Shown: positions 27,718 through 36,406, counted from the first letter of the stretch. The stretch: DNA of 48,090 nucleotides from Verrucomicrobiota bacterium (GCA_039815855.1 JBCBYL010000001.1:1-48090); one strand, 5' to 3'. Notes: generated by a model from the sequence alone, not told the origin. A program made the numbers and translations.

Positions 27718-28131
27718 AAGGGGTCATTCCGTAATTATTGTAATTCACTCTTCGGAGTCTACTCGCTTTTTCTTTTGTAGTTGTATAAGCCTGCTGCGAT
27801 GTCGACTGATTGATTGAGAAACACCCATATTCAATTGTAGTAACCAATGTATTCGGAGCACTTGATTGCTTTTTGAGCATGGTGAATGGCGACTTTCCGT
27901 GCAGCTGACTTAAGGTCGGACTGGATTTCAGCTTTTCCTTTGTTGACGAACAGACAAGCCTCAAAGGCAAGGTGAGTAGCATCATGAATAAATAAATCCT
28001 GCCGATAGTTCCCACGGTTGATGATGTGATAAACGGCTTTTTCAGATTCAAGTTGTAAGCTCCGAGGTATGAGTCGCAGTCTGGTGTGGACGAATGAGTA
28101 GTCAATAACAAGAATTACGGAATGACCCCTT
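27718..28131. mobile_element. Decayed REPtron/IS-like unit: 28-bp terminal inverted repeats enclosing a dead Y1 (RayT/IS200-like) transposase stub
   Basis: Left end AAGGGGTCATTCCGTAATTATTGTAATT (27718-27745). Right end, as reverse complement, AAGGGGTCATTCCGTAATTCTTGTTATT (28131-28104). 19 contiguous nt are identical and about 24/28 overall. The interior is A+T-rich with no intact gene. Confidence 0.7.
27831..28097 (-). pseudogene. Remnant of a COG1943-type Y1 tyrosine transposase (RayT/IS200-like), N-terminal part only
   Basis: This minus-strand frame is not in the ORF track because it has no start codon. It reads ...RLIPRSLQLESEKAVYHIINRGNYRQDLFIHDATHLAFEACL..., matching the N-terminal signature (R-L-P-R...YH[VI]xNRGNxRxxIF...AF) of RayT-like transposases. 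The HUH and catalytic Tyr regions are absent. Confidence 0.55.
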
Positions 28132-28277
28132 AAACCCTCAGTATAGCCACACTTTCCGGAGCATCTTAGAGAAGGAGTAGGGATCGGGGAAAGAGAAGAA
28201 AAAAGAGCAGAAATCGAAAAAACGCGTTAGTCACCATTGGCTTCCATGCTGTTATATAGGGTAGGGATTTAAATAGC

Positions 28278-28823
28278 ATGGCTGATTCTCAACTCAATAG
28301 CCCCCTGGACGGGGCATTTGTGACTGAACTGACTCGTCATCAGGAGGTACTGCATGCTTTTCTCATCTCGCTTCTGCCCGGAAGCTCGGAAGTGGAAGAC
28401 ATCCTGCAAAAAACGAATCTGGTGCTCTGGGAAAAGCGCTCGCAGTTTGAGCCGGGCACGAGTTTTAAGTCGTGGGCACTGGCGGTGGCCTACTGGGAAG
28501 CCCGCGCCTGGATGACCCAGCGTAAACGCGGGGACTGGCTGGTGGTGAACGATGAATTAGCCCGGCAGATCATCGAGCGGATTGAAGTGCAGCCTCCCCA
28601 GGCTCCCAGCGCTGCGGTTTCTGCGCTGAAAAACTGCCTGACGAAGTTAAAGGATGACGATCGGCTCCTCGTCCTCAGTCACCACCAGCATGAGAAGTCG
28701 CTTTCGGAATGTGCACGCATCATGGAACGGAGTCCGAAATCGCTCTCCGTCTCGCTGGTGCGTATCCGGAAAATGCTGCGCCAGTGTATTCATTCTGAAT
28801 TGGTAATGGAGGAGGCGACATGA
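28278..28823 (+). CDS. ECF (sigma-70 group 4) RNA polymerase sigma factor
   Basis: 181 aa. Region 2 reads EDILQKTNLVLWEKRSQFEPGTSFKSWALAVAYWEARAW. The region 4 HTH reads KSLSECARIMERSPKSLSVSLVRIRKMLRQC. The stop overlaps the next start (ATGA). Confidence 0.85.
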   Translation: MADSQLNSPLDGAFVTELTRHQEVLHAFLISLLPGSSEVEDILQKTNLVLWEKRSQFEPGTSFKSWALAVAYWEARAWMTQRKRGDWLVVNDELARQIIERIEVQPPQAPSAAVSALKNCLTKLKDDDRLLVLSHHQHEKSLSECARIMERSPKSLSVSLVRIRKMLRQCIHSELVMEEAT

Positions 28824-30394
28824 GGCAGGAGCATGAACTCGAAGCGCGGATTCAGGCCTTGCTCGATGGCGCGTTACCGGCAGAGGAGCGCACGGCCCTG
28901 CTCAGCGAGATCAGTCGTGATCCTAAACTCGTCGATCTGTACCTCGAGTACACAACGTTGGAGTGTGCCATGTCACGTCTGCACCAGAGCCAGGAGTTGC
29001 TGCGTCCGGATGTGGTATCCGATGCCCCTTCGGGGCGTTTCCCGTTGAATCGAAATGTCCAAAAGTGGGGAGTGATAGCTATGGCTGCGGCACTCATTAT
29101 TTCTCTGGGATTGCTGATCTTTTTTGAGAATTTCCAATCGGAAGACCAGATCCGGGTGGCGGTGAAGACCAGTCCGGGCACACGGGTAAACGTCTCCCAC
29201 GATATCACCGGAGAAACAGTGCTTACGTCGGATGTGCTGACGCTGGGATCGCGGGCCAAACTCAAGCAGGGCACGGTTGAACTTCTTTTTCCTAATGGCA
29301 TTCGTGCCATTGTCCGTGGCCCGGCAGACTTAACCCTGAATCAACCGGACCAGCTCTATCTGAACTATGGAACGGCCTGGTTTCACGTTCCGGAAGCCGG
29401 TATTGGGTTTCAAGTCGTAACCCCGGAGATGCAGGTGGTCGATCTGGGTACGGAGTTCGGGGTGCGTTCACGCCAAGGGCTACCGCATGAAGTGCATGTT
29501 TTTACCGGGGAGGCCGCGGTGCAGTCGCGCCAGCAATCGCTTCCGTTGGAAACGCTCGACGCCGGGATGGCCCGAGCGGTGGATATGATCGGCCGTCTCA
29601 AAGATATTGTCACGGAACCCACTCATTTTCTCAATGAGCTACCGGAATCCATTACCTATCTACGCTGGAGTTTTGATGAGGAAAGTGCGTTAGGGGATGC
29701 GGGCGGAGTACACCCGGCCGCTGGCGATGCGGCAGCCGTGCTGCAGCAGATTGATAATCCGGATGCCTTTCACCAGATTCCGGGCAAGTGGGGAAGTGCT
29801 ATTCAGACCCATCAGCCCCTGGCTCAAGCCAAGGCACGCTGGGCCGGGTTGGAAGGCAACGCACCACGCACGGTTTCGCATTGGATCAAACTGTCACCTG
29901 AGGAAATTGGAACACAACCGATTGTAGGCTGGGGCTCGCATGACCTGAGTCCTTTTAAGCCGAATCCTGCCTTTTTAACATACGTCCGACGTTTGCAGGA
30001 TGAGGCTGTGGCGGGGGTTTCGTTTGGTGCTTACTTTCTGGATGGCACGACCGCGATCAACGATGGTCAATGGCATCATTTTGCGGTGGTTTATAGCGGC
30101 AATACCTTGCCGGACGGTCGGCCTGAAATTATATGCTATCTCAATGGCCAGCGAGAAGGCGTCACACCGCGTTTTCGAACGGATATCATGGCATCAGAAG
30201 CGGACGGGGCCCTCGACATCTCGACCAATATTAAAGAAACGGCCGCCATTCCGATGACGCTTTTCCCCAGAAAGTGGGTTCAAACGGCCCGGGTTCCGCT
30301 GGCGATTGACGAGCTCATCATTGTCGAAGCCGCGCTGGATCAAAGCCAGATTTTGGATCTATATCACCACAATATGTTTAACCATAAGGAATAA
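28820..30394 (+). CDS. FecR-type anti-sigma factor with a C-terminal LamG/concanavalin-like domain
   Basis: 524 aa. N-terminal anti-sigma helix region, one TM (WGVIAMAAALIISLGLLIFF), and a FecR domain (YGTAWFHVPEAGIGFQVVTPEMQVVDLGTEFGV). The C-terminal LamG-like jelly roll includes VSHWIKL...DGQWHHFAVVYSG...CYLNGQREG. Confidence 0.8.
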   Translation: MRQEHELEARIQALLDGALPAEERTALLSEISRDPKLVDLYLEYTTLECAMSRLHQSQELLRPDVVSDAPSGRFPLNRNVQKWGVIAMAAALIISLGLLIFFENFQSEDQIRVAVKTSPGTRVNVSHDITGETVLTSDVLTLGSRAKLKQGTVELLFPNGIRAIVRGPADLTLNQPDQLYLNYGTAWFHVPEAGIGFQVVTPEMQVVDLGTEFGVRSRQGLPHEVHVFTGEAAVQSRQQSLPLETLDAGMARAVDMIGRLKDIVTEPTHFLNELPESITYLRWSFDEESALGDAGGVHPAAGDAAAVLQQIDNPDAFHQIPGKWGSAIQTHQPLAQAKARWAGLEGNAPRTVSHWIKLSPEEIGTQPIVGWGSHDLSPFKPNPAFLTYVRRLQDEAVAGVSFGAYFLDGTTAINDGQWHHFAVVYSGNTLPDGRPEIICYLNGQREGVTPRFRTDIMASEADGALDISTNIKETAAIPMTLFPRKWVQTARVPLAIDELIIVEAALDQSQILDLYHHNMFNHKE

Positions 30395-30403
30395 TTCCCA
30401 ATT

Positions 30404-33400
30404 ATGATGAACCAAGAGAAGCAATCAACCGAGGTGTCCTGCGGATGTGAACCTGACACCTGCACTCCGTTCGATTTCAAACGTCGTGATTTTATCAAGA
30501 CGGCGGGATTAACCTCAGCCATGTTGCTCGCCGGGCGGATGCCGATCATGGCGGGTCCCTTCACCCCGGAGGATTTTAAGAAAATTGTTCCTCCTGATAA
30601 GAAGTTAAGCAAGGAATGGATTGCCAGTTTATACGAGCGAGGCAAACCGCTCTCTGCCACGGGCGAAGACCTCAAATTTATTGGCATGCCGATCAATGGG
30701 ATCTGCACCGGTCAGATTTATCTGGGTGGCGATGGTCGGTTGTGGCACTGGAACCTGGATTCTTTTCCGGATCTTAAAAATACAGGAAGTGGTCCCCGCT
30801 ACCTGCAACCGGATGATCCTGAATCACCCATTCACCAGGGCTTTGTTCTGAAGGTGGACGGGAAGACCTTTTCACTGGATCAGTCCGGTTTCAATGACAT
30901 CACCTTTACGAGCCACTATCCGATGGCGAAGGTTGAATACCAAGACAAGTCCTGCCCTGTAAGCGCTGAGCTGGAGGCCTATACACCACTCATTCCACTT
31001 AATCGCGACGATTCCAGTTACCCGGTGGTGGTTCTTCGATACACCGTCAAAAATCAATCTGACCGTGAGGTGAAAGTGGCGATTGCGGGCTGGGTCGATA
31101 ATCCGAGTAACCCGCTGGTTCAGGACAGTGACTATTGCTGGCGTGAATGTGCTTACCGGGAATTCGATTGCCTGAGTGCGATTGAACATTCCATGCAAAC
31201 CGGCTCCGATGAAGGAGACCCCGATGCGGTGGTCTTCGCAGATTTTGAATCTGACGACTACGGGGAGTGGACGATTGAAGGTAAGGGTTTCGGAAAAGGT
31301 CCCACGAAAACGAAACTTCGGGGGCGAGGCAAGCCCTCGGCGTATCAGGGCAAGGGAATTGCCTACTCCATGTCTCAAGGCGGAGTCCATGCGGGAGGTA
31401 AGTTGGTTTCGCCGCAGTTCAAGCTGGAGAAGCCCTTTATCAACTTCCTGATTGGTGGATTCCGTTCTGAAGCAACCGGAGTTCGACTCATCATCGATGG
31501 CAAAGCGATCCGTTCCACCAGGGCCATGAACTCGCATAAAATGCGCGGGGCCTCCTGGAATGTGGAAGACCTGATGGGGAAAGAGGCCCGGATCGAAATC
31601 ATCGACGCCGGGCCGGGTGGCTACATCGCCGCCGACCATTTTGAATTCTCGACGCGCCCGATTCATTTCCCTGCGCTCACCGGGCAACCGGATTATGGGG
31701 CGATGGCCCTGGGTTTACTGGAAGAGAAACCAGATTGGGTGAACCTGCAGTTGGAGGAGGATGCGTTTGCCAGGGGCTCCGGCTCATTGAATTCAGGTGA
31801 CACCGCTCGCACGACCAAGGCATCCCTCGGAAAAACACTGACACTCAAACCGGGTGAAGAGAAATCACTGCGTTTTGCCCTGTCCTGGCGCTTTCCTAAT
31901 TTTGATGCCAAAAGCAGTCAGACTTGGGACCGCGCAGCACCTCTAGAGAAATGGGGGAACATACGCCACCACTATGCCAGCTTATGGTCTTCTGCGAGTG
32001 AAGCTGCGGTATCGGTCTCCTCCAGAGAGGAGGACTTGCGGAAATCAACCCGGTCCTGGGTGGACACCTGGTATGATTCGACTTTGCCCTACTGGTTTCT
32101 CGAGCGGACTTTTGTGACACTCGATTGTATCCAGACTCAGACAACCCAGCGATTCATTAGAGCTGACGGACTGGAGCATTATAATTTTGAGGAAGGCGTG
32201 AAGTGTTGCCCCGGCAACTGCACGCACGTCTGGCAGTATGCGCATGGCCTGGCCCGACTCTTTCCAGAAATTGAGCGTGAGTGCCGTGACAAGGTAGAAT
32301 ACGGACTGGGATTTCAGGAGTCGGGATTGATTCATTATCGATACGGCGGGGGCAAGCATTCGCAAGCTGTCGACGGTCAGTGTGGCACGATTCTGCGGGT
32401 TTTAAGAGAGTCTCAGATGACCACCGATATGAGCTTTCTGGAAAGCATTTGGCCACGCACCAAGCTCTCGATGGAGTATGTGATCAAGACCTGGGACGCC
32501 GATGAAGATGGGATTTTGTCCGGCCCTCAGCACAATACTCTCGATGCGGCCTGGCATGGAGAAGTCCCGTGGTTGATCAACCTCTATCATGCAGCCCTGA
32601 AAGCATCGGCGGTGATGGCCCGGCAGATGGGTGAGGGGACCCTGGCGGAGCGCTACGAAGCCCTGGTGGTCAAGGGAGTGACTCCCGTGGTCGAGAACTT
32701 GTGGAATGAGGAATACGGCTATTTTATTCACAAACGGGATCCCAAGTTTCCCAAAGCGAATGGCTCTGATGACGGGTGCCACATTGACCAGATCATGGGG
32801 GACTCCTGGGCTTGGAATGTCGGCATCGGCCGGATCCTGCCGCAGGATAAAATACGGCAGGCCCTGAAAGCGCTCTGGACCTATAACTTCGTTCCCGATG
32901 TGGGAATTTTCCGCAAAACCTTTACCGGGGGGCGTTGGTACGCCACCGCCGGAGATGCCGGACTCATCATGTGCTCATATCCACAAGGGACAGAATCGTC
33001 CCGACTCAGCAACAGGGGATTTGCCGGATACTTAAACGAGTGCATGACCGGATTTGAATGGCAAGTTGCCACCCACATGATCTGGGAGGATATGCTGGAG
33101 GAAGGCCTGGCGATTGGTAAGGCCATCAATGACCGCTACCAGCCTGCACTTCGTAATCCCTATAACGAGATTGAGTGCAGTGACCATTATGCCCGGGCCA
33201 TGGCCAGCTATGGTGCTTACATGGCCGTCTCGGGCTACCACTATGATGGTCCAGCGGGCAAACTCGCCTTTGGTCCGAAGATGCAGCAGGACGATTTTCG
33301 AGCTGCGTTCACGGCCGCCGAAGGCTGGGGGCGCTTCACTCAGACGGTTAAGGAAGGCAAACAGATGAACTCGCTTGAATTAACGTATGGAAAACTCAAC

Positions 33401-33577
33401 CTCAAAGAACTTACGCTGGATCTGGCACCAGGTGCGAAAGCAGATCGAGCGATTGTCAAAGTCGATGGGCAGGATGTTGACGTTAAGCTGACCAAGAACA
33501 AGGAGTCTCGGGTCATCGTATTTACTAAGGCGATCACCATTTCAAAAGACCAGAAACTGGAGGTAGAACATGTGTAG
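30404..33577 (+). CDS. GH116-like glycoside hydrolase (GBA2/DUF608 type), TAT-exported, with an inserted beta-sandwich domain
   Basis: 1057 aa with a twin-arginine signal (FKRRDFIKTAGLTSAML). GH116 N-domain motif is GMPINGICTGQIYLGGDGRLWHWNL. The (alpha/alpha)6 region has FEEGVKCCPGNCTHVWQYAHG and GPQHNTLDAAWHGEVPWLINLYHAALKA. About 140 aa are inserted (DFESDDYGEWTIEGKGFGKGP...GKLVSPQF...INFLIGGF...LIIDGK...IEIID...ADHFEF). Confidence 0.75.
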   Translation: MMNQEKQSTEVSCGCEPDTCTPFDFKRRDFIKTAGLTSAMLLAGRMPIMAGPFTPEDFKKIVPPDKKLSKEWIASLYERGKPLSATGEDLKFIGMPINGICTGQIYLGGDGRLWHWNLDSFPDLKNTGSGPRYLQPDDPESPIHQGFVLKVDGKTFSLDQSGFNDITFTSHYPMAKVEYQDKSCPVSAELEAYTPLIPLNRDDSSYPVVVLRYTVKNQSDREVKVAIAGWVDNPSNPLVQDSDYCWRECAYREFDCLSAIEHSMQTGSDEGDPDAVVFADFESDDYGEWTIEGKGFGKGPTKTKLRGRGKPSAYQGKGIAYSMSQGGVHAGGKLVSPQFKLEKPFINFLIGGFRSEATGVRLIIDGKAIRSTRAMNSHKMRGASWNVEDLMGKEARIEIIDAGPGGYIAADHFEFSTRPIHFPALTGQPDYGAMALGLLEEKPDWVNLQLEEDAFARGSGSLNSGDTARTTKASLGKTLTLKPGEEKSLRFALSWRFPNFDAKSSQTWDRAAPLEKWGNIRHHYASLWSSASEAAVSVSSREEDLRKSTRSWVDTWYDSTLPYWFLERTFVTLDCIQTQTTQRFIRADGLEHYNFEEGVKCCPGNCTHVWQYAHGLARLFPEIERECRDKVEYGLGFQESGLIHYRYGGGKHSQAVDGQCGTILRVLRESQMTTDMSFLESIWPRTKLSMEYVIKTWDADEDGILSGPQHNTLDAAWHGEVPWLINLYHAALKASAVMARQMGEGTLAERYEALVVKGVTPVVENLWNEEYGYFIHKRDPKFPKANGSDDGCHIDQIMGDSWAWNVGIGRILPQDKIRQALKALWTYNFVPDVGIFRKTFTGGRWYATAGDAGLIMCSYPQGTESSRLSNRGFAGYLNECMTGFEWQVATHMIWEDMLEEGLAIGKAINDRYQPALRNPYNEIECSDHYARAMASYGAYMAVSGYHYDGPAGKLAFGPKMQQDDFRAAFTAAEGWGRFTQTVKEGKQMNSLELTYGKLNLKELTLDLAPGAKADRAIVKVDGQDVDVKLTKNKESRVIVFTKAITISKDQKLEVEHV

Positions 33578-35090
33578 TCTGAGAGCTTTCATTTTCCTGA
33601 TAGCACTTGCCGTTGGTCATTGTTTACATGCAGATATTAAGCCGAACATCGTCCTGATCAATGCCGATGACCTCGGGTATGGCGATCTCGGCTTCTATGG
33701 GGCGACCAAGGTGCAAACGCCGCATATCGACAAGCTGGCGGCGGAGGGGAGGAAGTTTACCGATGCCCATACGGCTTCGGCAGTCTGCACGCCATCGCGC
33801 TATGCGCTCCTGACGGGGGAATATCCGCATCGCAAAAACATCAGCAAACCCGTCATGCTGAATGATGGACTCATCATTGACCTAGACCAGCAAACGATTG
33901 GGACCGTATTACAGGAGGCCGGCTATGCAACCGCTTGCTTTGGGAAATGGCATTTAGGTTTTGGCAAGAACAGGCCGGACTGGAACGGTGAACTCAAACC
34001 GGGGCCGCTCGAAGTCGGTTTCGACACCTACTTCGGCGTGCCGGTGGTGAACAGCCACCCGCCCTTTGTCTATGTCGAGGACCACCACGTGGTCGGTCTG
34101 GATCCAGAGGACCCCTTTGTCCGTAGGCAAAAAGCCAAAACACGTCCGTTTCCCGAGAAAATGAATCTCAGCGGCATTGGTGGTGCCGATGCCGCCCATG
34201 CACTTTACGATGATGAAATGGTGGGCACGAAGCTGGTCGAGAAATCGGTGGAGTGGATGAAGGCACAGGGAAAGAATCCATTCTTCCTCTATCTGGCGAC
34301 CACCAACATCCATCACCCCTTTACGCCCCACCCTCGCTTTCAGGGGACCAGTCAGGCGGGGCCCTATGGGGATTACATTCACGAACTTGATTGGATGGTC
34401 GGTGAGATCATGCAGACTCTGGAGGCGCTAGGCGTGGCGGACAATACGCTGGTTATTTTCACCAGTGACAATGGTGGCATGTTCAACGTTAGCGGGCAGG
34501 ATGCCTGGGACATGGGGCATCGAATGAATGGGGAACTCCTCGGCTTTAAGTTTGGCATCTGGGAAGGCGGGCACCGCGTGCCCTTTATCGCCTGGTGGCC
34601 CGGAAAAATTGAAGCGGGATCCACTTCAGACCAGCTTATCTCCAACGTCGATATGATTGCCACGTTCGCAGAACTGACGGGCCAAAGCATCCAGAACGGG
34701 CAGGCCCGGGATAGCGTGAGTATTCTCGAAGCCCTCACCGGGAATCCGGAAAACTCCATTCGCGACTACACCATTATATCTCCCAACAAATTCAGTCATA
34801 TCGGTATCCGCAAAGGCAAGTGGATGTATATCGGGGCCCAGAGTAGCGGCGGCTTCACTGCGGCTAAGCGGGGCGCGCATGCCTTCGGAGGTGCTGCCGC
34901 CATTAGCTATGCCGGCTACACGAACAGCGATATCGAGAATGGTAAATACAAAGAAGGTGCACCTCCCGCGCAGCTCTACGACTTGGAAAGCGATATGCAG
35001 CAAACGACGAATCTGTATCATGAATATCCCGAGGTCGTCGCCGAGCTTCAAGCCTTGCTGGAAAGCTATGATCCTCCCAAAGCCAAATGA
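33570..35090 (+). CDS. Arylsulfatase (formylglycine-dependent, family S1)
   Basis: 506 aa with a signal peptide. Motifs are PNIVLINADDLGYGD, the FGly motif ASAVCTPSRYALLTGEY, GKWHLG, FTSDNGG and QLYDLESDMQQTTNL. It overlaps the upstream gene by 8 nt. Confidence 0.9.
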   Translation: MCSLRAFIFLIALAVGHCLHADIKPNIVLINADDLGYGDLGFYGATKVQTPHIDKLAAEGRKFTDAHTASAVCTPSRYALLTGEYPHRKNISKPVMLNDGLIIDLDQQTIGTVLQEAGYATACFGKWHLGFGKNRPDWNGELKPGPLEVGFDTYFGVPVVNSHPPFVYVEDHHVVGLDPEDPFVRRQKAKTRPFPEKMNLSGIGGADAAHALYDDEMVGTKLVEKSVEWMKAQGKNPFFLYLATTNIHHPFTPHPRFQGTSQAGPYGDYIHELDWMVGEIMQTLEALGVADNTLVIFTSDNGGMFNVSGQDAWDMGHRMNGELLGFKFGIWEGGHRVPFIAWWPGKIEAGSTSDQLISNVDMIATFAELTGQSIQNGQARDSVSILEALTGNPENSIRDYTIISPNKFSHIGIRKGKWMYIGAQSSGGFTAAKRGAHAFGGAAAISYAGYTNSDIENGKYKEGAPPAQLYDLESDMQQTTNLYHEYPEVVAELQALLESYDPPKAK

Positions 35091-35170
35091 TGAAATGCTT
35101 TAGCAACACACTCCTTGCGCTCCTACTTGTTGTCAGCAAGGCCCGCGAACGCGGATTACTCAAAGAATAA
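35087..35170 (+). pseudogene. Orphan signal-peptide stub of a deleted sulfatase gene
   Basis: ATGATGAAATGCTTTAGCAACACACTCCTTGCGCTCCTACTTG... (MMKCFSNTLLALLLVVS...) overlaps the upstream stop. It is about 90 % identical to the 5' end of the sulfatase region at 36660. It diverges after about 17 codons and stops at codon 28. Confidence 0.65.
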
Positions 35171-35227
35171 ACCATGATGGTTGCGCTTGTGATGGTAATC
35201 ATTCATCAACTTTGATAAAGATTCCCT

Positions 35228-36406
35228 ATGCGCCTATTCGTTCGTCTCTGCGTATTCAGTCTGTGCTCCGCCCTGCTCTATGGTGCAAATTCAAGCACAA
35301 CCATAAATGATCAGGGAACCATCTTACGCAACGGAGAGCCATATTTTCCCTTTGGTATCTACCATGTTTCATGGTCCGGCCAGCGCTATGGCAAGGATCG
35401 CGATAAAGACCTGAAAGCTATTCGAACAAATGGCTTAAACGTGTTTCATGGATCGGTCGATCCTACCAGCCGGAAGGCTGACTACACTTTTCTTGACCAA
35501 GCCGCAGAGGATGAGGTGGCCATCTTTGCTGAGCTCCATATCCAGTCGATGGATATTCTGATTGAGCGGATGAAAGATAACGAAGCGATCATGGCATGGA
35601 CCATTGCGGATGACTTTAACATTACCAACTCACAAAATTACAGTACTCCGGAGCAGTTGCGAGCTCGTCATCTTCAAGCGAAACAAATCACCCCGAATCG
35701 GCTGACGTACGGAAGCGGTGGAACCGCAAGGGTCGATCATTACCGTAGTTATATTGACTATGAAGGATGCGTCGACCTGGTCGGGCTTCAATGCTATCCC
35801 GTGGGCAACCCGCCCGGATTCACTCCGAAAAATCTTCTGGAACGCTGCTATCAGCTATACAATGTCAGAGCCGCTCAGGTCCTCGAAGCGGGAATGGTGC
35901 CGATCGCCAATCTGCAATCCTTCAGCTGGGTGAAACGGGGTCTCTTCCCGACGCCCTCCCAATCACGTAACATGCTCTACGGCTCACTGGTCGCTGGCGT
36001 CAAAGGCGTGCTCTATTACACCTATTACGATAACCAGAAAATAAACGGTGCCCTCACTCTCGATCAACAAGCACCGGAACTCTGGCAGGAAATCGGGCGG
36101 CAGGCACAAGAAATAGAAACCATACTGCCCTATCTGTTTGGCAAGCGAATACTTATTCAGTCGTCGAAGCCGCGATTTCATTTAGCGCAGTGGACGCGCG
36201 GCGACGACAGTATGCTCGTGGTCTTCAGCACAGAAAACATCATGACCCATGAGTTGGATGAAGAAATTCCGATACTCAAGGGTTATCACTTAGAGCCAAT
36301 GTTTGAGGATAGGCCCGCTGGCCTGCAGATTCACGAAGCAACATTGCAAGGCTCCCTCGCCCCCGAGCAAGTCCATGTTTATCGGCTCGTACCGAGTTCA
36401 AGATAA
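35228..36406 (+). CDS. Secreted hypothetical protein, probable (beta/alpha)8 glycoside-hydrolase-like fold, family not recognised
   Basis: 392 aa with a signal peptide (VFSLCSALLYG). It begins GTILRNGEPYFPFGIYHV..., typical of the first strand of TIM-barrel glycosidases, and contains MAWTIADDFN and LQCYPVG strand-end motifs. No confident family assignment. Confidence 0.45.
   Translation: MRLFVRLCVFSLCSALLYGANSSTTINDQGTILRNGEPYFPFGIYHVSWSGQRYGKDRDKDLKAIRTNGLNVFHGSVDPTSRKADYTFLDQAAEDEVAIFAELHIQSMDILIERMKDNEAIMAWTIADDFNITNSQNYSTPEQLRARHLQAKQITPNRLTYGSGGTARVDHYRSYIDYEGCVDLVGLQCYPVGNPPGFTPKNLLERCYQLYNVRAAQVLEAGMVPIANLQSFSWVKRGLFPTPSQSRNMLYGSLVAGVKGVLYYTYYDNQKINGALTLDQQAPELWQEIGRQAQEIETILPYLFGKRILIQSSKPRFHLAQWTRGDDSMLVVFSTENIMTHELDEEIPILKGYHLEPMFEDRPAGLQIHEATLQGSLAPEQVHVYRLVPSSR

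Noticed and set aside
27713-28111. 132-aa minus-strand ORF from the track (MLLTTHSSTPDCDS...) lying inside the inverted-repeat element
   Set aside because: It starts with TTG inside the terminal repeat and runs through both repeat ends. It has low-complexity, non-protein-like composition. It is out of frame with the only recognisable coding signal in the element, the Y1-transposase stub. It is most likely a chance ORF in decayed DNA.
12204-28131. The four 28-bp repeats as a possible CRISPR array
   Set aside because: The spacings are 12.7 kb, 2.8 kb and 0.4 kb, and one copy is inverted. The intervening DNA is ordinary genes. No cas genes are present.
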